This document shows positions 30,911-41,395 of a stretch of 64,000 nt of DNA, in pieces. The stretch lies in contig JBGAHS010000002.1 in the NCBI GenBank assembly GCA_044226015.1, positions 192,001-256,000 on the forward strand, written 5' to 3'. Origin of the DNA: Candidatus Obscuribacteraceae bacterium. GTDB taxonomy: Bacteria; Cyanobacteriota; Vampirovibrionia; Obscuribacterales; Obscuribacteraceae. Each line of letters starts with the position of its first letter. Within the stretch, counting starts at the first letter, position 1. The position numbers were made by a program, and so were the translations under genes. The notes beneath the pieces are model-generated. The model did no database searches. It had not been told where the DNA came from and was given only the letters and a program-made list of their open reading frames with translations.

Positions 30911-32494
30911 ATGACATTGCCAGGGCAAGCAAAAGTAACTATTGACGGCAATTCACTGAGCCTGGAAGGGCTGCAAAGCCTGGCCCGAAATGAGGCAAGA
31001 GCTGAGCTTTCACCAGAGGCTGTGGTTCAGATAGTTGAGAGCAGAAAAGTAGTTGATGCCGCACTATCTTCCCAGAAGGCAGTTTATGGAATCAGCACGG
31101 GCTTCGGCAAATTCAAAGATATATTCATCAAGCCAGAGGATCGCAAACGTTTGCAGACAAATCTGGTTTTGAGCCACGCGGCTGGCGTAGGTCCAATTTT
31201 TGAAACTGAGATAAGCCGCTCGCTTCTTGCTTTGAGAGCAAATGCGCTGGCAAAGGGGTTTTCAGGCGTACGCAAAGAGCTTGTCGATTTGCTTCTCGAC
31301 TGCCTAAACAATGGAATTCACCCCCTGATTCCTGAGCAAGGTTCACTTGGAGCCAGCGGAGATCTTGCACCTCTTTCCCATCTTGCACTTGTTCTGATTG
31401 GCAAAGGTCGGGCTGAATACAGAGGCGAAATCATGACAGGACAAGCTGCATTGGCGGCAGCTGGTCTCAGTCCAATTGAGCTGGAAGCAAAAGAGGGGCT
31501 CGCCCTCACTAATGGCACTCAATTGATGTCAGCAATGGGAGTGCAGTTGATTCTCGAAGCAGAATATCTTGCCAAACTAGCAGACATTATTGGTGCGATG
31601 TCACTTGAAGCACAACTTGGTTCACCCAGCGCGTTCTCTGAAAAAATCCAACAGGTCAGACCTCACCGCGGACAAATAGACTCAGCTTCAAATCTCAGAC
31701 GCTTGCTCGCTAACAGCGAAATTGTAGAGAGCCACAAAGATTGTGGCATGGTCCAAGATGCATACTCTTTGCGCTGCATGCCGCAGGTACACGGGGCAAG
31801 CAGACAGGCTACAAAACACGCCCGCGAAGTCTTCGAAATCGAAATAAACTCATCAACCGATAACCCACTCGTTTTTGCAGATGACATCATATCTGGTGGC
31901 AACTTCCACGGACAACCACTGGCAATTGTTTTGGACTATCTGGCTATCGCAATAGCAGAACTCGCCAATATATCGGAGCGCCGAACCGAGCGCTTAGTCA
32001 ACCCATTCCTATCTAACGGGCTGCCAGCATTTCTTACTTCAAATGGCGGAACAGAATCTGGATTTATGATTGCGCAGTACACGGCTGCGTCCCTCGTCTC
32101 AGAGAACAAAGTGCTGGCACATCCAGCTAGCGTAGATTCAATTCCGACTTCCGCAAATCAGGAAGATCACGTTTCGATGGGTGCCTGCGCTGGCAGAAAA
32201 GCAAGGATGATCTTAAACAATTGCCAAAACGTTCTTGCAATTGAATTGCTTTGCGCAGCGCAAGGATTAGACTTCAGAATGTCACCCGACCTGCCCGGAC
32301 ATAGACATGAAGTGGAAAAGCCAGAACTCAGCCCAGGTCCAGCAGTTCTGGCAGCCTACAAAGCCATTCGTGAACAGATTCCATTTCTAGATCAGGACAG
32401 AGAAATGTATCTGGATATTGCCAGCGCATTCGAATTAGTCAAAAACAAAACGCTGTTAAAAGCCGTTGAAAATGAAATTGGTCCATTAGACTAA
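30911..32494 (+). CDS. hutH: Histidine ammonia-lyase
   Basis: MIO motif GSLGASGDLAPL, VYGISTGFG, NLVLSH, QDAYSLRC, GGNFHG, NQEDHVSMG; AAGGAG RBS. Confidence 0.93.
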   Translation: MTLPGQAKVTIDGNSLSLEGLQSLARNEARAELSPEAVVQIVESRKVVDAALSSQKAVYGISTGFGKFKDIFIKPEDRKRLQTNLVLSHAAGVGPIFETEISRSLLALRANALAKGFSGVRKELVDLLLDCLNNGIHPLIPEQGSLGASGDLAPLSHLALVLIGKGRAEYRGEIMTGQAALAAAGLSPIELEAKEGLALTNGTQLMSAMGVQLILEAEYLAKLADIIGAMSLEAQLGSPSAFSEKIQQVRPHRGQIDSASNLRRLLANSEIVESHKDCGMVQDAYSLRCMPQVHGASRQATKHAREVFEIEINSSTDNPLVFADDIISGGNFHGQPLAIVLDYLAIAIAELANISERRTERLVNPFLSNGLPAFLTSNGGTESGFMIAQYTAASLVSENKVLAHPASVDSIPTSANQEDHVSMGACAGRKARMILNNCQNVLAIELLCAAQGLDFRMSPDLPGHRHEVEKPELSPGPAVLAAYKAIREQIPFLDQDREMYLDIASAFELVKNKTLLKAVENEIGPLD

Positions 32495-32741
32495 AACCGG
32501 CAGCAGCAGCTGAATTAGAGCGCGGCAAAAATGCAATGAAGATAACGGTCATCGCAATCTTTCGCGAAACTTGCGGCACCTTTCTTCAAGCTTTCAGCAA
32601 TCGCAATAAGTCTAAACGTTTTCAGATCACTTTTAATCCAGGCGCAAACGCTGATGAGCAGGCATTTTTATCAAGGCTAACCAGTTCGTTCACATAGGAT
32701 TTCGCGGTGAGCACAACACCGTCGAACTTAACATTGTTAAC

Positions 32742-34361
32742 ATGGTAACAGTCCCCTATACAAAAAAATCTACTATGACAGAGATAACGAATTCCTCCGG
32801 CAAATCACTGTTCATGAGAGACTTCCTCTCATCAGTTGTTGTTTTTCTGGTCGCACTTCCCCTCTGCATGGGTATTGCAATCGCATGCAACTTACCTCCA
32901 GCGCTAGGTATTGTTAGCGGAATTGTCGGTGGCATAATTGTTGGTTCTTTAGCGGGAAGTCCGCTGCAGGTCACGGGCCCAGCGGCAGGGCTTGTCGTAA
33001 TCGTTTGCGATCTTATTAAAGAGCACGGGCTGGAAAAAGTCTTCTTCATCATTGCGCTTGCTGGTGTCATCCAATTCATAGCTGGTAGCTTGAAATTAGC
33101 CCAGTGGTTCAGAGCTGTTCCACCATCAGTAGTTAACGGCATGCTTTCTGGCATTGGTGTCCTCATCTTCGCTAGCCAGTTTCACGTGATGGTGGACGAC
33201 GCACCTAAAGGCAGCGGAATTAACAACCTGATTTCGATTCCTTTCGCAGTTTGGAAGGGCTTGGTTCCTAGCAGTGATGCCACAGCAGCGCACCACATCG
33301 CAGCACCGATTGGCGTGCTGACGATAGCAATAATATTGTTCTGGGAAAAGCTGGCACCAAAGAGGCTCAAAAGCATTCCTGCATCGCTGCTTGCAATCAC
33401 CACTGCAACTGTCGTGGCCACATTGATGCACTTGCCGGTCAAGCACGTGTCTTTGCCGGGAGATTTGACCGAAAACCTTTCGTTCATGCAATCATTTGAT
33501 ATGTCATGGCTAACACAAAAAGAACTGATTCTGGATGCACTGGGAATGGCACTGGTAGCGACCGCGGAGACGCTTTTGACAGCCACGGCGATAGACAAAA
33601 TGCACAAAGGGGCTCGCACCAATTACGATAAAGAACTCTGTGCGCAAGGAATTGGAAACTTCATCTGTGGATTTTTGGGCGCACTTCCTGTCACCGGAGT
33701 TCTGGTTCGAAGTGGCGTCAATGTTCGGTCCGGAGCTCAGTCACGTCTATCGACGATAATTCATGGTTTCTGGCTTTTGTTATTTGTTTCAGTTCTTCCA
33801 TTTGTCATACGACTCATTCCGCAATGCAGCCTGGCAGCACTGCTGGTCTACACCGGATTCAAGCTTGCCGATATAAAAGGATGGAAGCAGATAAAGATTT
33901 TTGGCAACAGCGAACTGGCAATCTATGCGCTTACGGTTATATCAATTGTCTGTATCGATCTGCTGACCGGGGTGTTGATTGGGGTGGCGGCGTCTATCGC
34001 TAAGATGCTCTATATTTTTTCGCAGCTTGATATTCAAGTCGAAGACGACGCGAATTCGCTGCGTACAGACATATACTTGAAGGGCGCAGGTACCTTTTTG
34101 AGCTTACCAAAAATTGCGGCTGCACTGGAGTCCGTCAGCCCGGAAAGAGAAATCAAAGTCCATCTAGAAGACCTTGAGTATGCGGACCACGCATGCATTG
34201 ATTTGTTCATGAACTGGAACAAACAGAGCCTGGCATTGGGCAGAAAAGTAATCATAGATTGGTCTGCTCTCGGACAAGCTTTCAAAGACAGCCAGCTCAA
34301 CAAGAGGGATGTGAAAACATCCGAGTTCAAGAAGGTTCTATCTAGCGCTGGTAAAGCATAA
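32742..34361 (+). CDS. SulP/SLC26 family anion (bicarbonate/sulfate) transporter with STAS-like domain
   Basis: VALPLCMGIA, GSPLQVTGPAAGL, ELCAQGIGN, LPVTGVLVRS; start may be 32775. Confidence 0.92.
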   Translation: MVTVPYTKKSTMTEITNSSGKSLFMRDFLSSVVVFLVALPLCMGIAIACNLPPALGIVSGIVGGIIVGSLAGSPLQVTGPAAGLVVIVCDLIKEHGLEKVFFIIALAGVIQFIAGSLKLAQWFRAVPPSVVNGMLSGIGVLIFASQFHVMVDDAPKGSGINNLISIPFAVWKGLVPSSDATAAHHIAAPIGVLTIAIILFWEKLAPKRLKSIPASLLAITTATVVATLMHLPVKHVSLPGDLTENLSFMQSFDMSWLTQKELILDALGMALVATAETLLTATAIDKMHKGARTNYDKELCAQGIGNFICGFLGALPVTGVLVRSGVNVRSGAQSRLSTIIHGFWLLLFVSVLPFVIRLIPQCSLAALLVYTGFKLADIKGWKQIKIFGNSELAIYALTVISIVCIDLLTGVLIGVAASIAKMLYIFSQLDIQVEDDANSLRTDIYLKGAGTFLSLPKIAAALESVSPEREIKVHLEDLEYADHACIDLFMNWNKQSLALGRKVIIDWSALGQAFKDSQLNKRDVKTSEFKKVLSSAGKA

Positions 34362-34420
34362 GGGAACCTGCTTGTGCTGCTCAGCCAATTAGTCTCGGTC
34401 TAACTAATATCGAATGAAAC

Positions 34421-35731
34421 TTACGCAGGTTCGTCTTCCAAAATGGGACCTTCCTCGTTCATTCGCTGGCGCAAGGATCTCGAAAAATGGAAAGAAGAAA
34501 GAAAGTACTCACCATCGACATGTTTAATTGGATGGTTTCCTACTCGCGAACTTAGTGTTTCATCGAACGCTTTATTGCTCATCTTCAGGGGGTTAAACCA
34601 GTCAGAGACGAGTAAAAACGACCAGTCTCCAAAGAAGGAGGGAATCGACGCACTATAGCTATGAACCTCTGCGAATATGGATTTCAGAGTTCGTTTGATG
34701 AGTGCATGCGATTCATATTCGAGTTCACTAAGTTTCATCGCCTGCACTGTCATCAAAGCACCGGGAGCCAGGCGGGTTTTCAGCAACTGAAAGAACTGCT
34801 TGGTGTATAGCGCTCTTGCAGGACCCTCTATGTGAGAATCAAGTACATCAATAATCACAACATCATATTTATTTGCGTTGTTTTCGACATAAGCCCGACC
34901 ATCGGAGATGATCAAATTGACGCGAGGGTCGTTGAAGGCACCGCGATGCCAACTCTGCAAATGTTCTTTGCTTAGCTTGATTATAGACTCATCAAAATCG
35001 ACTACGGTTACAGTCTCGACTGTACGATGCTTGAGGGCTTCGCGCACTGAGGCGCCTTCACCAGCTCCAATGATCAATATTCGCCTGGGGTTCGGATGAA
35101 GCACCAGAGGTGGTTGCACAAGCATTTCGTGATAGAGCTGTTCATCAACCTCAGCGCTCTGCAAATCTCCGTCCAGAACCAGTATTCTGCCGTACTTGGG
35201 AGAGTCAGCAATCAGCACGCGCTGCTGCTCTGTCGCCCCAATATGTAAAAGCTTTTCAAAGCCACCATCGTTCTCCACGCAAACAGCTTCGTACGAGTCC
35301 TGATTCTTCTCGTGCCGCAAGAATATTCGAGAATCAACCGAAGCTGGCTCCAAATAATCGCGCATCTCCTTATCAAAAACTTCGGTCTGCGTGTCTTGCC
35401 CGCAGGTAAACAGGTCAACAAAACACGCCTTATGCTCCGGATAGGTGTGGACACTAGCGTGGCTTTCCTTGAGCAAAAACACTGCCGTCATTCCGCCATT
35501 ATTGAATGAATGGATCTCATCAGAAATAATCGTGGCACCGCTAGCCTTTATCGCCTCACGCATGACATCGAGCAAAGTCGCGTTTGTGAGCCTTTCAAAA
35601 TTGCAGTCGTTGTAGCTAGCAAAGAAATGACGCCCCCAGAAAGCATGGGAATTGGCTCTATCTTGGGATCCCGATTCATCCATATTAGACACTCTAACGC
35701 CAGCGGGCGGCTTGGAAAGCGACACAGTCAC
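34421..35731 (-). CDS. Fused S-adenosylmethionine decarboxylase / polyamine aminopropyltransferase (SpeD-SpeE)
   Basis: LLKESHASVHTYPE...DLFTCG (SpeD) followed by GRILVLDG, YHEMLV, IIGAGEGASVRE, YDVVIID (SpeE). Confidence 0.9.
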   Translation of the reverse strand: MTVSLSKPPAGVRVSNMDESGSQDRANSHAFWGRHFFASYNDCNFERLTNATLLDVMREAIKASGATIISDEIHSFNNGGMTAVFLLKESHASVHTYPEHKACFVDLFTCGQDTQTEVFDKEMRDYLEPASVDSRIFLRHEKNQDSYEAVCVENDGGFEKLLHIGATEQQRVLIADSPKYGRILVLDGDLQSAEVDEQLYHEMLVQPPLVLHPNPRRILIIGAGEGASVREALKHRTVETVTVVDFDESIIKLSKEHLQSWHRGAFNDPRVNLIISDGRAYVENNANKYDVVIIDVLDSHIEGPARALYTKQFFQLLKTRLAPGALMTVQAMKLSELEYESHALIKRTLKSIFAEVHSYSASIPSFFGDWSFLLVSDWFNPLKMSNKAFDETLSSRVGNHPIKHVDGEYFLSSFHFSRSLRQRMNEEGPILEDEPA

Positions 35732-35862
35732 GACCTCTCATTTTAGTCTTGAAAGAAGTATAGAGGCGACTTGTAATTAAAACGTGATCCCTTTGAATAG
35801 GTTTGCAAGAGACAACCCACTTAGAAGCTGAGCTGAGCAAGTGTAGTAAGATAAAAATCAGT

Positions 35863-35934
35863 GGGCGATTGGCGCAGTGGTAGCGCAGTACTTTCACACG
35901 GTAAAGGTCGCAGGTTCGAATCCCGCATCGCCCA
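35863..35934 (+). tRNA. tRNA-Val(CAC)
   Basis: GGGCGAT...ATCGCCC acceptor stem, anticodon loop TTCACAC, TTCGAAT. Confidence 0.9.
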
Positions 35935-36046
35935 AACTTTTTTCGTTTGTCCGGCCAGTCATCATTGAAACCTATGAGGAGGCGCGAGGCTCTCCCCAGC
36001 TTTCACTTGCATTGAAATTTCCAGAAATACCAAAGCTAAAATGCAG

Positions 36047-36075
36047 TTGACACACATACATAAATATGGCACTAT
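36047..36075 (+). promoter_or_regulatory. Sigma70-type promoter
   Basis: TTGACA-17 bp-CACTAT with extended TG; lies just upstream of the structured RNA. Confidence 0.55.
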
Positions 36076-36096
36076 GTATATTGACCCATCGGCAGA

Positions 36097-36280
36097 TGCT
36101 GAGACGGTCAATCCTTGAATTCGCTATAAAGAGCGGATCCGGGAGCAGAGGTCGACATGTGCCGCCTACTGGTGAATCATGTCGGGGATGGCCCCCCTCT
36201 GTTTTCCTGAGGTCCGCTAGCAGCGCAGGCGCCTGCCCGGCCGGCCGGATAGCCGATTCAGGTTTTCCGACCGTTCAGTG
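36097..36280 (+). ncRNA. Rod-shaped structured ncRNA, 6S RNA-like
   Basis: Nested complementarity: GACGGTC/GACCGTT, CTTGAAT/ATTCAGG, GCTAT/ATAGC, AGCGGA/TCCGCT, CAGAGG/CCTCTG, CGACATG/CATGTCG; 184 nt with an internal bubble. Confidence 0.55.
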
Positions 36281-36539
36281 CGACTTCTGGATATGTCGTT
36301 CGCAAATGCTTCTCGAGCTGCGAAAAAATGGATCGCGGCGATAGCTCAGCGACGGCATCCAGTTCCACTGACCAGAACCAACCCGAAGCAATTCATCCAG
36401 GTGAGCAACACTCATCTCCTGGCGCATCAATTTTTGAACAGCACAACGAAGCGAACGACTCTTACGCCTAATCGGGCAACGATGCCCGCGGATACCTGCC
36501 ATGTTTTTATCGAACCCCAGACCTTAGCCGGAGCAATTA

Positions 36540-36743
36540 TTACACGACATTGAGGTATGTTTTACGCCTTCCAATTAGAGGAAGCATAAACTCTTGTTGA
36601 TCTTCGCTTGATGCCAACTTTATTTGACGATCTTGCTCAAGAATTTCTTGCATCTTCAATGCAATTTCTTGTGGCGCCAACCCTGACTGCGCGAGTTTGC
36701 GCAGCTTGTAGGAAATCATATTTTCGATTTGCATTGCGCTCAT
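36540..36743 (-). CDS. Small hypothetical protein
   Basis: 67 aa; ATGA-coupled to the aminotransferase. Confidence 0.6.
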   Translation of the reverse strand: MSAMQIENMISYKLRKLAQSGLAPQEIALKMQEILEQDRQIKLASSEDQQEFMLPLIGRRKTYLNVV

Positions 36744-38074
36744 TTCTTTTTGCTCTTCTTTTTGGATTTTTTGTCTTTCTCGGCCATTTCGGACAAAATG
36801 CCTTCGAGTGTGTCCACCATCAAATTGATTTGCGACTCAGTGATAATCAGTGGTGGCTCAATACGAATAGTTCTGTTTGAATTCATAGTTCCTGCAACCA
36901 GAACACCTCTATAGAACAGCTCTTCCTGCACCGCTTCACGAATCTCTTTTGACTGGAATTCCAACCCGATTAGCAGACCCCTGCCGCGACAGTCATAGAT
37001 ATATTTGGAATACTCTTCTTTGAGTTCTTCCAATCGACGCATAAAATAATTGCCCATAACGGCGGCTCTGGCAGGTAAGTGCTCATCAACAAGTACTTCA
37101 AGAGTTGCTGATGCAGCGGTACATGCTAGCGGGTTGCCACCAAAAGTCGAATTATGAATGCTTGGATTTGGTTCGAGAACCTTCCAAACTTTCTTGCTTG
37201 CAATAAACGCGCCGATTGGCATAACACCGCCACCGAGAGCTTTTGCAAGACACATAATGTCTGGAACCACACCTTCATGGTCGCAACAGAACATACGTCC
37301 AGTTCTTCCGAGCCCGGTTTGGACTTCGTCGAGAATAAGCAATACGCCTTTCTTCTTCGTCAACTGACGAACTTTACGCAAGTAACCAACTGGTGGCACA
37401 TTGATTCCACCTTCACCTTGAATTGGTTCGAGAATAACAGCTGCAGTATCTTTAGTGATTGCAGCTTCCATAGCTTCGATGTCGCCGAACGGAACATGTT
37501 TGAATCCATTCAAAAGTGGCTCAAACGGTTTACGGAAAACATCTCGCCCGGTTGCAGAAAGTGCACCCATGCTGACACCGTGATAGGCATTCTTTGTAGA
37601 AATGATTTCTGACTTGCCAGTTGCAAGCCTTGCAAGTTTCAAGGCACCCTCAACAGCTTCAGTACCGCTGTTGCAGAAGAAGCTATATTGCAAATCGCCA
37701 GGAGCCAGAGCTGCTAGCTGGCTAGCCAGATGAGCTGACCACGGATTGAGCAACTCCTGACTGTGCAAACAGACCTGGTCAAGCTGAGCTTTAACGGCTT
37801 CGATAACGCGTGGATGACGGTGTCCAACATTGAATATGCCGAATCCACCGAGACAGTCGAGGTATCGTTTACCGTGATTGTCGTAGGTGAACACGCCTGC
37901 ATCACGAAACTCGACTGCGCCTTCAGCACCAGCCAATTTTTTCGAGTATGCAGTGTTCAGGTGATTAATGGAATTTTCGAGACATTTTTCCGAGATGCGT
38001 TCGTAATGCTCTGGTCCATGATTGACCTGACGTGTAAATCGTTTAGTACTTTCTCTGCGTTTATAGACTGCCAT
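36740..38074 (-). CDS. patA: Class III aminotransferase, putrescine aminotransferase PatA-like
   Basis: YLDCLGGFGIFNVGHRHP, HSQELL, NSGTEA, LEPIQGEGG, DEVQTG, LAKALGGG, STFGGNP. Confidence 0.8.
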   Translation of the reverse strand: MAVYKRRESTKRFTRQVNHGPEHYERISEKCLENSINHLNTAYSKKLAGAEGAVEFRDAGVFTYDNHGKRYLDCLGGFGIFNVGHRHPRVIEAVKAQLDQVCLHSQELLNPWSAHLASQLAALAPGDLQYSFFCNSGTEAVEGALKLARLATGKSEIISTKNAYHGVSMGALSATGRDVFRKPFEPLLNGFKHVPFGDIEAMEAAITKDTAAVILEPIQGEGGINVPPVGYLRKVRQLTKKKGVLLILDEVQTGLGRTGRMFCCDHEGVVPDIMCLAKALGGGVMPIGAFIASKKVWKVLEPNPSIHNSTFGGNPLACTAASATLEVLVDEHLPARAAVMGNYFMRRLEELKEEYSKYIYDCRGRGLLIGLEFQSKEIREAVQEELFYRGVLVAGTMNSNRTIRIEPPLIITESQINLMVDTLEGILSEMAEKDKKSKKKSKKK

Positions 38075-39013
38075 GATGGCTCACCATTTCTAAGACTGTT
38101 GGAGTAATTACAGGAACACCACTGATGGTGCGCGTGCAGCCAACAAGAATCGACTCATGCCGTTGCGTGAGCCCTTTTTGGTAAATATTGACGCTATCTT
38201 TCACCCAATCGAAAGAGATGGCATCGATAAATTACGTTCAAACTTGCTAGCTGAACTATTCAGCTACTGCTAATGAAACTCTTGTGCGTTAGTCTTATTT
38301 TTCCGCATAAAATTCTTGCGCTGAATAACGTGCATTCGTCACGCATTCCTCGCTTTTTTCCTGTTTCTATATTACTAATGTACACCCGGTGCTCATTTGC
38401 GGGCAATGTGCACTGTGTCCAAAAAATAGCTCCAGAAATTCGCCACTCTGTCTAAGAACTTCTATGTACCGATTGATCTGGCTTTCGGGGAAACCTTGGC
38501 CCAGTATCAGTCCCGCCCCCCTTTACCCGCCAAAAGTCAAGAGAAAAGCAACCAGGGGATAATGAGCCGGTTTTCACGCGAATTAATGAGCCAGGTTCTG
38601 ATATAAGTTCCAGGAAAGCCGGTATTTTTCACTGTTTAGACGAAATCGTTAATAGAAACCCGCCAGGTCGGACAATATCTCTCCGGCTGTTTGAATCCTG
38701 TTTGATTCAAATTAAAGGAATTGGGGACGGAAATTGAGCTGGGAAGATAGAAGGTCTTTCCGAGGAACATTCGCCGACTATTGGCTATCTTCCTATCTGT
38801 AGAGGCGAACAGTCCCGCATTTTATCTGCCACAGCGCCAGATATATCCACTTGAAATACCCAGCACATCCCCGAGCTGCCACTAAATTAGCGCTCTTTAG
38901 CTAAAAATCGATTCATAGATAGGCTCTGCACTCAGCCAAAACACCTTTATATCGAGCATAATTGAAAGCGACCTTGCTTCCTTATTAAGGAAGGCAGAAC
39001 AAGAACCAGGAGA

Positions 39014-41308
39014 ATGACATTGAAGCGGCTGCTCTTATCACTGGCTATCACTTTGCCCCTTTTGGCTGGCGCCAATGCGAGTCCTGGCGTAGCTGGGTCG
39101 TTGATGCCAAAGAACCTGCTGGACAAATATTATCAAGGGGTGAGCTATTTCAAAGCTGGCGACCTCGAAAGAGCCATCCTGGAATTTAAGACAGTGTCCA
39201 TGAGCATGCCCGAGGATCCACTGATTCACATAAGCCTGGCAGCGGCTCTGCAACAACATGGCGACACCGATGACGCAATCGCTGAATACAAGAGAGCTGT
39301 CCAATTGCGCCCTTACGATGCATTCGCCAGAGAGAGCCTCGGCTTACTTCTGCAATCTCAAGGACGACTGAATGACGCTGTAGATCAATATTCAGAGGCA
39401 GTAAAGCTGCGCCCAGATGTTCCTCTACTGAGGCTAAATCTGGGGATCGGTCTGCGTGTTTTGACAAAATTCGACGATGCAATCGCACAATTGCAGCAGG
39501 TTGTTCAAGCTTATCCCGACAACTTGAAAGCCCGTTCGCAGCTAGCAGCTTCGTACCAGGACAAGGGTCTTTACCAGCAAGCTATCAATGAATATCAACA
39601 GATTTTGGTGCATGAACCAAAGAATTTCTCGGTTCACTACAACATCGCATCAAATATGATGGCATTGAAGGACTTTCCAAACGCCACCATAGAACTCAGG
39701 AAAGCGATTGCTATCGATTCCACAGTTGCAGAGACACATGCAGATTTAGCAAAAGCCTTGATAGCACAGAATGCTGTCAAAGAGGCAACCGAGTCACTTA
39801 AGAGCGCTATTGCTATAAAGAATGACAGAGCTGAATGGCATGCTATGTTAGGCGGACTGCTGCTCAAACAAAAGGACGTGGCAGGTGCAGGCACTGAATT
39901 TCAAACAGCTGTCAGAATAGACCCGAACGACATGAATAGCTTGTACAGTTTGGGGTATGTGCAACAGCTCGCAGGAAACTTCGGCGATGCATCAAACTGC
40001 TACACGAAAGTAATCAAAGCCAATCCTAAAAATGAAGCGGCGCACTATAACCTTGGGATTGTCAGACAAATTCAAAAAGACTTCAGTGGCGCAGAAACTG
40101 AATTCAAAACAGCTATTTCGCTGAATCCAGAAGATGGCGCTGCCATGATCAACCTTGGTCGAACCTATTTAATGCAGAACAATTATGCTCCTGCAATTGA
40201 ATATTACCGACAAGGACTCAGTATTGACTCTAAAGATAGTTCGGCGTTTATTGAGCTTTCAAAAGCTCTTGCCAAAACCAAAGACTTAACAGGAGCACGC
40301 TCAGCACTGGATTCTGCTCTTGCGCTCAACCCTGAAAATAAGCAAGCGCTTATGGCTATTGCCGAACTCGACGAAGAGGGAAACAACTACGTTGGCGCAG
40401 AAGCAGTCTGGCGTAAGTTGAGAAACGACTATCCGCAAGATCTCGAAATCATAGAGCAATTGGCGGACAATCTCGACTCACAAAATAAGAGCGAAGAGTC
40501 AATTTCCCTGTATCAAAGGCTCGTGCAATTAAAGCCACGAGACCCTGACGCATTCAACTCACTCGGACTGGCGCTACAAAAGCACAACGATATAACTGCT
40601 GCGGTTGCTATGTTCAAGAAAGCGCTTGACCTTAATCCGAATTACGCAGACCCGCACGTTAACATCGGCAATGTCTACCTGGCACAACAAAATTACGCTG
40701 AAGCTGTGCGCGAATATCAGCAAGCAGTAACTTTGACCCCGCAAAGTACTATGGCGCATTACAATTTGGGTTTGGCTCTGCTCGGAGCCAATGACCTCCC
40801 CGGCGCGCAGGAGGAGTACAAGAAAGCAATTGCAATCGATGCAAATTACTCAGCGGCATATTACGCACTCGGTCTTCTCTATATGAGAGAAGAGAATAAC
40901 CAGGACGCAATCGGAGCCTTTGAGAAGTACCTGGCGATTGCACCTGCTGGTCCCTACAGCGATCAAAGTAAAGAGAACCTGGCGAAGCTGAAACCGCCTA
41001 CTCCAGAAACGCAGCAAAATGTGCCATACATGACAAATACGGCTCCTCCGACGGCGCCTGATGGAACGGCTCAATACACTGCACCAGTTAACCCTCCTGT
41101 AAATCAAACAGCACCCGTGCAAAATGCGGCTCCGCTGACGCCACCCGTGTCGAATCAGCCCCCTGATTTCGTGCCACCGCAGGCGCCACCACAAGCAGCT
41201 CCGCAGGGGCAAGGACAAACGGCGCAAGACTCTGACATTCCGCAATTGAGAAATATGGAAAACGCACCGGCGCCAATTCAATCTGGCAATGGTGGCAACT
41301 TCAATTAA
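39014..41308 (+). CDS. Secreted long TPR-repeat protein with Pro/Gln tail
   Basis: Signal peptide; more than 15 consecutive TPRs. Confidence 0.9.
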   Translation: MTLKRLLLSLAITLPLLAGANASPGVAGSLMPKNLLDKYYQGVSYFKAGDLERAILEFKTVSMSMPEDPLIHISLAAALQQHGDTDDAIAEYKRAVQLRPYDAFARESLGLLLQSQGRLNDAVDQYSEAVKLRPDVPLLRLNLGIGLRVLTKFDDAIAQLQQVVQAYPDNLKARSQLAASYQDKGLYQQAINEYQQILVHEPKNFSVHYNIASNMMALKDFPNATIELRKAIAIDSTVAETHADLAKALIAQNAVKEATESLKSAIAIKNDRAEWHAMLGGLLLKQKDVAGAGTEFQTAVRIDPNDMNSLYSLGYVQQLAGNFGDASNCYTKVIKANPKNEAAHYNLGIVRQIQKDFSGAETEFKTAISLNPEDGAAMINLGRTYLMQNNYAPAIEYYRQGLSIDSKDSSAFIELSKALAKTKDLTGARSALDSALALNPENKQALMAIAELDEEGNNYVGAEAVWRKLRNDYPQDLEIIEQLADNLDSQNKSEESISLYQRLVQLKPRDPDAFNSLGLALQKHNDITAAVAMFKKALDLNPNYADPHVNIGNVYLAQQNYAEAVREYQQAVTLTPQSTMAHYNLGLALLGANDLPGAQEEYKKAIAIDANYSAAYYALGLLYMREENNQDAIGAFEKYLAIAPAGPYSDQSKENLAKLKPPTPETQQNVPYMTNTAPPTAPDGTAQYTAPVNPPVNQTAPVQNAAPLTPPVSNQPPDFVPPQAPPQAAPQGQGQTAQDSDIPQLRNMENAPAPIQSGNGGNFN

Positions 41309-41395
41309 ATCGGGGACTCAAAGAGTCCGATATTGATTTTTCTAAAAGTAGTAAAGAAGTTATGATACGGCTGGCACTAGCTGCGGTACCAGATT

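Noticed and set aside
36328..36471. tmRNA tag-like ending (ANDSYA*) of a 47-codon frame
   Set aside because: No tRNA-like domain (GGGG..TTCGAC 5' end or T-arm/CCA end) was seen nearby and the ending lacks the usual ALAA; probably chance or a small ORF.
38075..39013. Riboswitch or small gene in the 940-bp patA/TPR intergenic region
   Set aside because: Only short hairpins were found; no riboswitch consensus or convincing ORF was recognised.
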